From Tubiluchus corallicola (Eukaryota; Animalia; Priapulida), in NCBI GenBank assembly GCA_030141605.1, contig JAQGDQ010000797.1, forward strand, positions 1 through 64,000: a stretch of 64,000 nt of DNA. Direction: 5' to 3'. The notes under the pieces were generated by a model. It saw nothing but the letters and a program-made list of their open reading frames with translations. It did no database searches and was not told the origin of the DNA. The translations under genes were made by a program, and so were the position numbers. Shown here in pieces: positions 13,711 through 27,729 of this stretch; position 1 is the stretch's first letter, and every line of letters begins with the position of its first letter.

Positions 13711-16405
13711 AATATATATATAATATGGAATATAATATGGAATATAATATGTAATATGTAATATAATATATAATATGTAAATGTTTAAGAAAATACATAC
13801 AATATTTCTATTTGCAGGCCAAAATTTACAGCCTTGGTTACTATATCAAGTTAACAATCTACCAAAATAACTCTAATCAATATACCAATATGCTATAGGT
13901 ATGTCACAATAACAATATCATACAGTAACAGGATAACAAATAATATAACCAACTATAGGTACCATGCTGTATAAGAATCTACACATTTTATAAGGAATAA
14001 TAATAAATTATATAATAATTATTAACAAAGCAGTATAAGAAACTATGTACTACATTAAACTCTAAAATTAAGTAGGCCTAACATTCGTAGATAAGGAATG
14101 CACAATATAATCGTCAGGAATTAGGTTAATGGAACCTCAATCGAGTTCTTATTTTGCTGGACAACAACTAAATAGAGAGACTAACTGCATGCCAGTTAGC
14201 GTGCGTCAGCGTCAGCGTCTGCGCTAAAAAAAACTTGCATTTATGGGCTTAGAGGTGTTTTTTTGAAACTTATTTGAAAATATTGTTTTTGAAATATTGT
14301 TGAAACTTTTATCACAAAACAATGCAGTTTTTGCCTGGCACATCGTGACAGTGCTGCAGTTAATAGAATGTTTTTATCGTGATCATTATTTCATTCTGAA
14401 GTTAATTCACTTGCAAACTTTTGGAATGATTTTAAGCCTAGTCTGATTTACCCACGAAAGATTAATGGGAAACATACATTTCAGTAGCTTAATTTAATTC
14501 AAATTTTTGCCCGTTGGATATTTTTGGATATCAACCAAAGAATTTATTTAAATTATCAAAACAATTAGTAAGTAATTATGCAAAAACAAAGACTTTTAGT
14601 AAATTACCGATGCAAAATAATTAATCATAAAAATAATAAAATTAACATTCGATGACTAAGAAGGCTAATGGCTTATAAAGGCCACGGATACTGAACTACA
14701 TAAAAAGACAATAGAACGTTTTAGTAAATATTCACTTGGAATAAACAAATGATATTTTAACGTTAGTATCTTAAAGGAAAAGAAAACGAAAAAGGGATAC
14801 ATTATAAAAAACATTTATACGTATTTACAATATAAGCAATATATAAAGTTGTACATTGAAACTAAAAAAATGACAAGATTTTTTATAAATATATATAAAA
14901 TATATATAATAACATATAATTATATTAAGAAACAGAAAACTGTCAAATCATCTCAGTGAAAAGTTTCGAAACCAAACGCTCTGATACATGTTTGTTGACT
15001 TGACTTTTCCACAATTTACAGAAGACCGTATAAATCATTTATCATTTGATTCTTGGAACAAAAATGAAATTATCTCATGACTGCTGCATCAAGCTCAAGG
15101 GCTTCATAGCCTTTCTCCTCTTTGAAAACAATTAACACCTCGCAGCATTTATCACCACCTCAAGTAGGATCAAGTTTATTTGACTCAATGATCTCACCAG
15201 CAAAGCTGCCGGCATAATGTGGGAAAAACGTTTAAAAGATTCATTAATCTTAATGGGGAAGAAATGTTTGCGTGTTTGTCAGCCTGATAAAGGGATTAAT
15301 GATTATTCTGCTACTGCACGGGTTTTGCTGATTTATTTATAAGGATTGTGTTGACAAAAGTGAGGCAGTTACGAGTGTTTGGTGAGAAAGTTTGGTATTC
15401 AGTAGGTTTTTTAATCATTTAAAATCTCAAAAACCAGTCAAATCAAATAGCTGGTGCTCTTATTGTTATTGTTGCTGTTGTTGTCGTTAGTGAACTTGAT
15501 TGGTTCCTTGTATTTCATTTTATGAATTTTTAGCAATTAGACTAAAATGATCTCTACTTGTTTATTTCACATATTATATTATTTCTGAAGGCTAAGTTTC
15601 GAAAAGTCTATTAATGCAGCTAGACAAATGATGAACTTAGTTTTAAGTGTTCTTATCTGATCGACTACTGGCTGTGATAAAATAAAACAATTTACAAAGG
15701 ATTAAAACATTATGATATACGATAATTTTTACTCTAGTATATGCATAGTTAACTGATGGTACATTGTGTTAAACGTCAATTAGTAGACGGTATAAAATTC
15801 TATCTGTAAAGAAACAATATTTTAGTTCACTTAGTTCTAACGTTTCACATGTTACAATACATAATTAATAGCTGTGCACAATTAAATTAAAAAAAGAACA
15901 GATATATGTACTGTCCTACATCATAGCTGTTTTTCCAGGGAGAAATTTCCACACCGGATTTAATAGACCTATCCCTGGAAAACAGGTTTACTGAATCAAT
16001 TTCTGACTAATTACTGAATTAATGGATTATGTAAACTGGTTACCCACATGGCTTTAATCATAACTTAACATGTCTATACTTTGTACATTACTTTCATTCG
16101 GAAAGCTATTTCCGACATTGGTGTTGTTGTGTAAAACAAGCTACTCTGCAGTCAAGATACAATATTTTTTGCTAGTAGTATTTCTTTACCAGATTGCAAA
16201 AAGTGAGATTTCGAGATATTCCTTTAAAATGTGACCCCATCTTCACTATTATGGAATTATTGTGATGCCATATCAAAAACATTATGAATAATAATAGAAC
16301 GAACATACATAAGCTTAATCACTGCTACAAAAAATGTGATTATATTACATTACTTAATCAGATTTGTAATTCACATTGTTGTTGATGCATATTTTTCTCA
16401 TTCAG

Positions 16406-16549
16406 CTTGTCAGTGTGACGGCGAAGGAACAGAGAGTACAATTTGTGACAAGAATGGTGGACAGTGCGTGTGCAAACCTAACGTAATTGGCCGAAACTGC
16501 GACCAATGTGCTCCTGGCACTTACGGCTTTGGACCGAATGGCTGCACAC
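16406..16549 (+). CDS. Internal exon encoding a laminin EGF-like (LE) domain, laminin beta-type subunit
   Basis: Acceptor TTTTTCTCATTCAG|CT, donor AC|GTATGT; 144 bp, phase 1-1. Translation [47 protein letters not shown] has the 8-Cys LE spacing. It closely resembles the LE domain following domain IV of laminin beta-1 (NGGQC.C.PNV.GR.C..CAPGT.GFGP.GC). Confidence 0.92.
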
Positions 16550-17160
16550 GTATGTTATTTAGTTCACGCTAACAGGAAAGATGAGATGATAAATTACTTA
16601 GACACTTTTACGGTAAAAAGATTGTTATATGACCATTAATTGACTGCTTAAATGTGGAAGTATAAGTACCATTGTTTTTAACAAATATTTGTGACGTTTA
16701 TATATATTTATTGTAGACCCTGTTTGTTGAGTTTAAAAAGAAGATGAAAATTTTACTATAATATTTTTATAGAGCATCTCAGTAGCATCTTTTGCATAAT
16801 TTTTCTTATTTTTTTCATTATAGGAACTTATTTTGTTTATTTTAGTAAAAGTGGCCTTATAAGTCTGATGACTTCGCGATCAGCCATAATTAAGTCTTTT
16901 ACTTGAATAATGAAAATGATGTATTTCATTGATCAGAACCATATTTTTTATAAATTTTTATCATTTACTAACACCTTCATTTTCATTTTTATTTTTATTT
17001 ATATTTACTAATGTAAATTCAGTATTGTATGTTTATTGGATGCTTTTTGTGGCAATAAACTTCAGCTTAACATAACTGATATTTGAGCAAAATAGGTTGC
17101 CCTTTGTTGTCAAAATATGAGAATTAACAAACTATATTGAATAAAGACGTTATATAGGAT

Positions 17161-18070
17161 AAAATGGGGTAATGTCGGACAGGGGCTTATGTCGGACAAT
17201 CAGTTTTACGTTTTCCTAAAACCCAATAAATTACCTGGACGTTTTTTTCTTTCATTTTTAATACTAACACATCACATTCTAGCAGCCGTATGGTCGTGAA
17301 CATACAAGCTTGCTCAGTGAGTACTTTTATACTTAATCGCGCTAACTGTTTTTGATGTTCTAATAAACAGGATTAGCTCATTAATCATTTACAGCATCCT
17401 TTTCAGAAATGGATTATTTTGTAACATACTTCTTCTCTGATACTTTCATGCCACACATTGTAAAGCACCACATTTGTTTGTTTATTATAAAACTTACTCA
17501 AGCAGTGTTCCACTTTATCCAAAGGCCTAGGCTAATGTTGGGCAATTGAATTTTTGTGTCTGACTTTGGCTTGCATTAATTTTTTGTGTAGGTAAGTAAC
17601 ATGGATTTTTGCCCATGTGAGTCAAAACGTAAAAATAACTGATCTCAATCGTTTTAGGAACATCGGGAGAAACCGTTATCGAAACGCTTGAAAAGAAAAA
17701 TGCTGTAAATATAAAAACTTAAAGAATGAGAGAGGAAAAAGAGGAAAACTTCAGCAGTGGAGCTCTGATCAAATGCAGTCTGCGATTAAATCTTATCTAA
17801 TCCACACATACATGAGCATATATCTGCCCAACCTCTACCATACAACCACAGTCTTAGCAGAGTAAACATCAGTGGTATAGTATCCTGAGGAAAGAGGCTA
17901 GCTGACTGCGTGATGGGCTGCCTACTATGTAAAAAAGTAATGCATTTTTTATTGATTCATTGATTTTTCTCAGAGAGAGAGAGGGAGAGAAAGAGAGATA
18001 ATGAAAAGGAAGGAGAAAAAGAGAAAGAAAGACAGAGAGAGGGAGAGACGGAGAGAGACAGAGAGAGAGG

Positions 18071-18137
<67 letters not shown>

Positions 18138-18815
18138 TTCTGTATAAGAAGTCAAAAACGAATACTATAATAATTACGCTCAGGCACATATGCATAAATC
18201 TGTCCAACCTCTACCATATAACCAGAGTTTTACACACGGCACATGCACACTCAATTCACGGCAAATTATAAAAATGTGCCAAATGAAAATATTACTAACT
18301 TAATGCATAATTTAGATAACAAATTATCAATTTTAAAAGACATAATAAACTCAAAGTCTATAACACACGGTAAAATGCTTGTGCAGTATAATTAACGCGT
18401 TCAACGTTGGTGTACAAAATCTGACTATGTAACAAAAACTTGTCAAGCTGACCTGAATTCACTCCATAGAGGGAATAAAAGGGTAATCAAGGGGGAGACG
18501 GTGATTTCAGAAATTAAACCGAATTGAAAACGGGTAAGTTTTGCAGATTCTCGTAATTAGGCACAATAAGCGTATTCAAGTTTGTATGCTGTGTTGTTTT
18601 CGGCGGTTATAAACAAATAACAACGTCGAGCAAAAAAGGAATCAATGACATTTCTCTCATGTCGTCACTGATCAATCTCGCATATTACAAAATATTTAAA
18701 AGAATTGAGGTGCCATAACCACAAAGTTGTTCGTTTGCTGTTTTAAAATTATGTCCGACGTTACCTTACTAAACTGTCCGACATTATCTGCAAGTGTCCG
18801 GCATTATCCCATTTT
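17161..18815. mobile_element. Non-autonomous TIR element (pogo-like termini) with subterminal repeats
   Basis: Left AAAATGGGGTAATGTCGGACA and right TGTCCGGCATTATCCCATTTT are inverted repeats. TGTCCGAC motifs recur subterminally at both ends. Confidence 0.6.
18080..18133. repeat. (GA)n microsatellite
   Basis: Visible repeat, with a purine-rich extension from about 17972. Confidence 0.95.
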
Positions 18816-20455
18816 TTAAAATGACGTTTGAAAGCGTCTAATTATCCCAGTATTTTTATTTCATGCAACCACCCACTTTCCCGTCTTCCCAGATTCCTTA
18901 ACAATATAGTTTTAGTTTATCAGGCGTTACTCCAAAAAAAATTATAAAAATATAGATAGAAACCTGAAAAAAGCCACTTACCCATGTTTTAGCCTATAAT
19001 TAATTATATTTACATTAATTATATAATTAATTAAATTATATAAGTGATAGTATAAATGATAACAGCGAATCTTGAGTAATGGTCTTAGTATGATGAAAGC
19101 ATTGTTCTGTTAATCTGTTACTCCTGTCAGTTACTCCTAGTGTAAGATGTTTAAGCATTAAAATCTAGTTTTTTTGGGTGGCGGTTTGACAGTAAACGCA
19201 CCCCCCCCCCCCCCCAACAACCTATATCTCATCCGCCCCTTGTTGCCTTTTTTACTTCATTTCGTTATCTTTTATAGCAACAATTAACGGACAATAAGGA
19301 CGCAAGTTAATTAGTTGAATGAAAATTCTCATTAGTCAAGAGAAAAGCCTCGTGCAAATATGCTGTGACAATTATAATCCTCCATACAAACTGAAAAAAA
19401 TGATTCACGAGACGTAAATAAACGAAGTGAATAAAAACCTTACATAAAATAAGAAAAATTCTTGAAAATCTAAAAGAATGGAAAAATTGCGATTACGACA
19501 GAACGAAGAACAAGAGAGCATCTAAAACTAACGTAGGTGCCATACTGCAGCTTAGTGTGACGTCATTGGTCGCTTAAATTAATAACAAAAGAACCACAAC
19601 ACGCAGCCATAATGATTCGGACTCTCGCAGTTTCCTGACTCGAATCAATTAAACAAGCGACATTTTGTCTGATTGAGCCAATTTCTTTAGACGTACACTA
19701 ACTTTGATGTAAGCTTGTAAGAAATTAGAGAGAAATTCACTAAATCAGTAAGGCATTCTACTGTCCAGGTAGTTCAATTAAAGAAACATTGAAACTAATT
19801 ACAGATGTGAAGCAGTGAACGAGAATAATGAACAATGTCTGTTAATTACATACTAATTAGTATATCCTAGCTTTACTACAAGAACATGCCTTAGAAAAGC
19901 TTTTTTGGGGTAGCAAACTAATGCTGTAAAGCGACCTTTTCCTCCGTGATATCGACCGCAAAAAAATTAGCCAGTTTTTATACTGTTATGTCACAAGAAA
20001 GTTATCTAAATTTTTGTAATAAAACAGATTCTATACCAACGATAAATGGTTTTCTATTTTCGAAGAAATGGATTCCATGGCAACAATAAATGGATTTTTA
20101 ACTAACATATCCAGGAAGTTATGCAAAAGAAAATAAATAAGCGTGTAAACAATGCTTCGCATTCCGGACAGGTTTATAACTATTTTTATAACCATTTTTT
20201 ATTAACGTAAGGTACTTCATTTCAAAGCTAAAGAAAAGTACTTCCCAATTTTAAACATAATATAACAGTCAGAAGTAGCGAAAGAAAAATGCGCTTTAAC
20301 AAGACTGAAAGTCAGGCCCAAATCCGCGAGAGTTTTGTGTTTACACCTGACTATACCTGGTCGAATGTGGTTGTAAATTATTATCCCACAATACCTAAAT
20401 TCTTACGAAAAAAATCAGGAGTTGAATAACAATGAAAAAAACTGATTGATATCCA

Positions 20456-21066
20456 CTGTCCTTGACCCTTTGACTGAGGTCAACGTTCAATACCATGTTA
20501 AAGCTCCTGCCCCGGTATCCTAACCTGCAAAATTTCGTGACAATAATCTCTGCATTTGCAAGTTAACACGAGTTATAATCCAATACTCTAATTTTCACAT
20601 TTTGGCTCCTACTCAGGCCCTTTTACAATGTCAACGTTTCAAATTATACGGGCCCCTATACAGATGTCTACTCTAATTGCTCTAGTTTTTAAAGTTACTC
20701 AGCACTATGCCTTTTGGCTCCACGATTAAAAAGCCCAGGCACACATCAATCTCACGCAACCTCAATGGTTACGAAAACAATTTTAAATTTAACTCAAAGC
20801 CTTAAGCGGAGAGTCAAATGACAATAGAAAAACTAAACGATGTCCCATGTCCTTGACCTTCGACCTTGGTCACAATTCACAGTTCACCATACCAAGACTC
20901 ATATACTGTACTCAAAGATGCCTTCCTAGCAAATTTCGTGATTACGGCCTTCTTAATTGCGTTTTAAATTAACGTAATTTATTAATTAAAGTAATTAAAT
21001 TGCGAATTAACGTAAAGTAAAACTAGATGTCCAAACTTTTACATTTTGGCTCTTATATCGGGCCCT
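20456..21066. repeat. Degenerate direct repeat (about 390-bp spacing) of a TGACCT-containing interspersed element
   Basis: GTCCTTGACC...AAATTTCGTGA...ACATTTTGGCTC...GGCCC occurs twice (from about 20458 and about 20849). Confidence 0.55.
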
Positions 21067-22231
21067 TGAATAATAAATGCTTTGTCGTTATCCTTGCCTG
21101 TCTTTCACTGCAAGTTTCGTGATTTTATTTCATATAATTATAGAATTCGAAAAGGGTGAGACGCTTATTATAAAATTGTTCACAGAATGCTTATACTTGA
21201 CCATCGCTCCCAAGACTAAAGTCACACAACAGCATTTTATTTCAATTTCGGTCGTGCGGGGCTAACATGAAGCGTTCCTAGAAGAAATTTTACCTAGCAA
21301 TGACGTCATCGCTTTTTATGATCACCCATCATTAATCAGGTTTCTAAGCATACTGTTTCCCTTTAACAACTTAGCTAATTTCACTTGCAAAAATATACAG
21401 TTTGGCATTCTTTATGTCAGAGTTCAACACTCACCAGCATGGTCTATTTATATTGTGAATGGTTTGGCAGGACAGGAACCTAATTAGTGTAACTGTAACT
21501 CTACAAAATGAGACAACGAATAAACAAATATGTCTTAGCCACAAATCCAATTATTTTTAATAAATCTTTCATATTTGTAAGTCATTTACAAAAATCAATA
21601 CTACCGATTTTAATACGTGTTTTAGACTACAGCTGGCCATTATCTAAAATTGGTTTCTGTTTTCCTTTAATATTTCACAGGCAGAACTGTAGTGCATTAG
21701 CTAGACGTATGCAGTTATTGTTGTTTGTATCTAATGCATATACCTGGATCTATATAATCCTCAGTGAATACATTTCAACTGCTGAGTACTTGAAGAGTGT
21801 GCATTGTGAATATAATCATAATAAATAGTAATGTAGTTTGGGCGTCACTATACACCATTTATTTATGTAACCATACACGTGTGGCACCTGTGCAGACGCC
21901 GCTTGTCCTAGCCTAGGTCTACCACAGCCCCTGATTTATGCGCTTTCATTGCTGTTGTCTGATGACATTAGCACGAATAGCGTGAGAGCCTTATGATAAA
22001 GTTATTCACAGAATGCTTATATTAGGCCATTAAGCCCTTCACTCCCAAAGGCTCAAATTCGTTAATTAATTCTTGACCAGAAGAATGTATGAGGTCCCTA
22101 AGGACATTATATGCTTCTGCATAACACATGGCTGTTTGCATGCCAGACATTTTACCTGGAAACATGACTATCATCATTCATAAAGTCTAACTATTAACCA
22201 CGCAAGTAAAGGAATTGCTTACGTCAAGTAA

Positions 22232-23150
<919 letters not shown>

Positions 23151-23821
23151 CTGATAACGGATTCCTTTTACATCCCATGAGTGGGATCTCTGGTAGGCTA
23201 GTAGCTTGCACTGTTGCTCTTCGTCTTGAGGGCAGTTTGCTAACCAGCTTAAAGGAAAACCGGATGATTGTGTAAACATTAGTTTAGAATAAAAAATGCT
23301 CTAAAATATTGAAAACTGCAATAGCTTTTTTTTAAATCAACGCTTAGATTAAATAATAATTACCTCGGATACTCAAATTTCATTAAACTTTCAAAGCTAC
23401 GCGCGGTTCAGTGAATCTACTAAGATTGGCAGCGGCGCCTTTTGTCACGTGCGCGTGACCGACAAATAGAACGCGGTACCGTGATAACCATGATCACGAA
23501 CTGCTGTGTTAGTTTCATGACGTCATATGATGTAAAGCCCATTTTTCGCGCCGTATTTTAAGCAGTACTGTAACGCCTATGCAAATGTGCTTGACGCGCA
23601 AGGGAAGACGCCTGCCATTGCACAAACTGTGGTTCGTTTCTGACGTAAGCAATAGCTGTGTTCGGTTGCCGTTAATTAACTTCCTAAGCTAATTACTCAA
23701 ATGTAAGGAACAATTGTTAACTTTTTTAGGCAAGAAAATGTATATTTTAAAGTTTAAACAATCGCCCGGTCTTCTTTTAACCGTACTCAACTGTAGCACC
23801 CGGATTCTGATATTATTAATT

Positions 23822-24401
23822 AAAACAGGATGATTTTTATATACTACCCCATTTTCAAGTCCGATAAAAAGTATACATGTTAACACAGTTAATGTCGCAA
23901 AAGCGTTTCTGATAATAAAATTATAGATTAATAAACGGCGGGCGAGCCCAACTAGTGATGACATCACAAACTAACTTAATTTTCAACAGCAAAAATATTC
24001 CACGTGCGTGTTGTACGTATTTGCGAAAGCGAAAATTGATGTACAGTATTACCGTAAGATATTCATTGTGTTGTACTAAAACTAGGCAAGTTTTAAGATA
24101 AAAATACGAATTTCAAATTTACCGCTGTGCTTATGAGCAGCATGAGTTGCAGAACGTGTAGTTCGTTACAAACTGAAAGGTACAGCACCTGTTTTTGTGC
24201 AATACGTTTCCGAAATGCAGGCACTAATGCCTGTCTAACTAGCGAATGGCGAAATGCATGTAGCAGCGAAGAACTAGTGGTACCAATGCGAAAGTGTGTT
24301 AGTAAGTTAATTTTGAAAAAAAATAGCATGTTTCCTGTCAATACTTTAAAGAGTAGATCGTTTTGACCTACAGTTTAAGATTGGGTCCGGTTTTGCTTTA
24401 A
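23822..24401. mobile_element. Kolobok-like non-autonomous element, copy 2
   Basis: Reverse complement of about 924-1500; ends GGTTTTGCT-TTAA. Confidence 0.7.
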
Positions 24402-25071
24402 CGCGTTTCATGACATTGAAAAGTACGTTCTAACAGTACAGTTAAAAAGCCATTTTTGTATCACAAACTCGTAGTCCAGAGAACTGTTGCTATAATTTCA
24501 ATATCATTAGAACAATGGCTGTGGTGACCTTTCAAGGTCACTTGTACTTTTGCTAGGGCTTCTTCTATATTTCTATTATCTACGTGGTAAACAATAACAT
24601 ACATGAGACATCTGGAATGTCCCACACACGTTGGCCTATATTCTTCAAAAAAGTCACATCTCGTCACATCGGACACATCCTACCAAATAACCTCGCATTT
24701 CTTCACCAATATTTCAAGTATTTGCAGTCAATTCTCACCTTCACTGGTTCTGTGAATTATTGCTGTTCATTTATTTCAAATTGTTTGCTTTTTCTCAGCA
24801 GCACGCCAGACATCGCTGTTTACACTAAAACACGCAAAATTTATGTCACAAAACCGTGGACTCTCTGACCTTGAGAATAACATCTTCTGACTGTAGTAAA
24901 TACATCGGATACACACACATTGCTGGTTCTCATTCAATATTATAAGATTGACATTCATCGTACTGAGGCAGATGTAAAACAAACAACGCAAAACGAAATT
25001 TTAAAAAAATAATGCGATATATATAAGTACTGAATGCATTTTGCAGAATCCAGTAAATGGTGAGCGCCTTT

Positions 25072-25322
25072 AGCTACGATTCCATGTGCGCGTAATGCGT
25101 AATGCGTGATCTGTGATCCGTAATGCGTGATGTTTGTTGACAGTTTCCATGCGACCTTGAACACTATGCGTATTAACAAAACCCAAGGCGCTCTTTCCGC
25201 CATTTTTGGTCACTATTCGTGAAATTTGCAAGCAATAATTTTTGGAAACCATGTCGAAATTTAAGGTTGATAATTACAGCTGCAGCATTCGCTCATTATT
25301 GTTCTATTAGACGGAAAAATTC
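25072..25322. mobile_element. Partial copy of the Harbinger-like MITE at 50858-51521
   Basis: Shares CTACGA(T/C)TCCATGTG.GCGTAATGCGT...ATTAACAAAACCCAAGGCGCTCTTTCCG. Confidence 0.75.
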
Positions 25323-25554
25323 AAAAGAAAGCACAGGTTTGAGCGTCGAACATTTTGCAGAGGATACAACAATACGGCAATACTTTATATAAGAGTTTGC
25401 CTCTCTGCAAGTGGGGATCCAGCTCTCTAACTAGGTTCAGCATTGCTTAACTTCTCGCACTAATAACATACTGACACCATTAGTACTCTGTTATCCCCTC
25501 GCCACCAACATATCTGCAACAGCATCTTTCACTTCGAATACATTTAAGGGTAAC

Positions 25555-25712
25555 ACAACAACTACAATAGCGGCATCATCAACAATGACGACGACGGCGA
25601 CAGCAACAACAACAATATTTGCATCACCAACAATGACGACGACCATGACGACGACGGCGACAACAACAACAACAATATTTGCATCACCAACAATGACTAC
25701 AACAACAATAAC
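25555..25712. repeat. (CAA/GAC)-rich low-complexity region with a 60-bp tandem duplication
   Basis: ACGACGGCGACA.CAACAACAACAATATTTGCATCACCAACAATGAC occurs twice, 60 bp apart. Confidence 0.8.
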
Positions 25713-27639
25713 AGAGTAAAACAGTTTAACGTCATGCCTTTCCTTGTAAGAAAGTTAATAATCCTCGCTTGTTCTATTTAGCTGTGCCAAATCCATTAAT
25801 AATTGTCTAACTGCTAAGTAATGCAATATCCATGTAATTTCCAAAAGGACAAATCATGCGAGATTATCCATTAAGCAAGGCCATTAATTAGTTACAAAGT
25901 TTATCATCAATAATTTAAAAACTTGAAATTTTAACTGAAAAAATAGTAACATTCGCTAATGATCGTAAGCAAACAAACCTAATAACAGTTGTATATAATA
26001 CTGTAAATGTATTACAATAGCTGTTATGATATATATATATATACATATAAATAACAGTTAATATTCACATGATAACTGCATGCCTCTGCAAACTGGGAAC
26101 AAGCAGAACCAAAAAGAAAGCTTAATATCAATCGTTATGGCAGGACCGAAACGTAGGTAATTATCAGAAGTTTTTCTCTAAATTTTTTTTATAGTGGTCT
26201 CTTTTAGCCACTCTCGCTCCCTCAACGAGAGAAATAATCAGAAGCAAAGACGGACATTTAATGTACATCCATTTACTAAACAGACTCAGTGTTATTTAAC
26301 TTTTAGTAGGCAATCACGCACTCAATTTCTCGGCTGTACTCCTACCAGCGATTGTTATTGCACGCTACTTTTACTCTAATTAGTAAAGGTACTCTTTAAC
26401 TTAAAAAACCTTCCACGTACATAGAACAAACTACAAAGTAGTACAATTTATCCTCCTGTAACTCGCATAAATCAAAGAAATATTCACCAAGTAACTTTTA
26501 CAGTCAAAGTTTGATAAGACAACAAGTTATAAATAACTTTTCAAAGTTCAAAAAAAAATTAAAGTCATGGTTAAAAGATCAAAATGATAAAAGTTCACAG
26601 TTAAAAAAGTTAAATATTGCTATAAACTAGAAGTTAATCGCTTGCCAAGAGACTTCTAGTGTCCTTCCAGAGAACTCCAAATGGCAAAACAATAAGATCG
26701 GCTACGTACCTGTCACACTATAATCAGGCGTGAAAGGTGGAAAGTCTTTGTAAACAGTCTTCGTTAGCTATAAAAATCCTTGCTATGGATAATATTTCCA
26801 CGTTGATGTTAGTACTAAAATACTGAACCGCCACAATCTCTTGGCCATCAAGCGACTTCTCGCGATTTGGTTCGTTTTCTTCAAGACGCTTATCAAATTA
26901 CGATAACGCAACCATTTCTGTTTGCCGTTTTCAAAATGGCCAAAAATTACGGCGACTTAACGATGGTGATGGATTTTCGCAAACATTAAATTACCCAACG
27001 CAAGATGCACCGTCAGACTGCATTGATTCGAAATTTTTGTTAGTATGATCTGAGAAAATAACGAATCTCGAATGGACCCTCATGACATCTTAGTTATGTC
27101 TTCTTGCGGAGAGTTTCACATCCATTATAACATTTTTAAGTCGGAGAATAGGCCTTAAGACATTGATATCCCAAAATGCAATAGTGTTAAATGAAAGAAC
27201 ATAGCAGGTTTCTTGCTTACCAGAGCATTCTCACGCATCGTTACGACATTAGTTCAGTATTGATTCTAAACAAAACGAACAACTAAGTTTCAACACAACA
27301 CCATGAGTTCACAAACATTATGAAACATTCACAAACATTATGAAACATGGGTACAGTGCTCATATGATTGATTGCGTGTGGTGAGTACAACAATACGATT
27401 GTCAGTGATCATAATAGGATGGCACACTACATCTAAATAAGAATCCTAGTGTGACCTGTAGTGTATTGGTAGTATGTTGTAGACTCATGGAGCACATTGT
27501 TCAATCCACGCCTGTTATTACAAAGCGTAGAAAACGAGCTGTTACGTAACTTACGTGAAAACAGCTATTCTATTACGTGAAAACAGAAAGAGGGAGAAAA
27601 AGAAGAAATAAAAATAGAAATAAGACACGTAAAAGAAGA

Positions 27640-27728
<89 letters not shown>
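27640..27728. repeat. (GAT)n microsatellite
   Basis: Visible repeat; source of the poly-His and poly-Ser ORFs. Confidence 0.95.

Positions 27729-27729
<1 letters not shown>

Noticed and set aside
16336-16572. Stand-alone 78-aa ORF from the ORF track
   Set aside because: The non-ATG start and the flanks are intronic; only 16406-16549 is supported.
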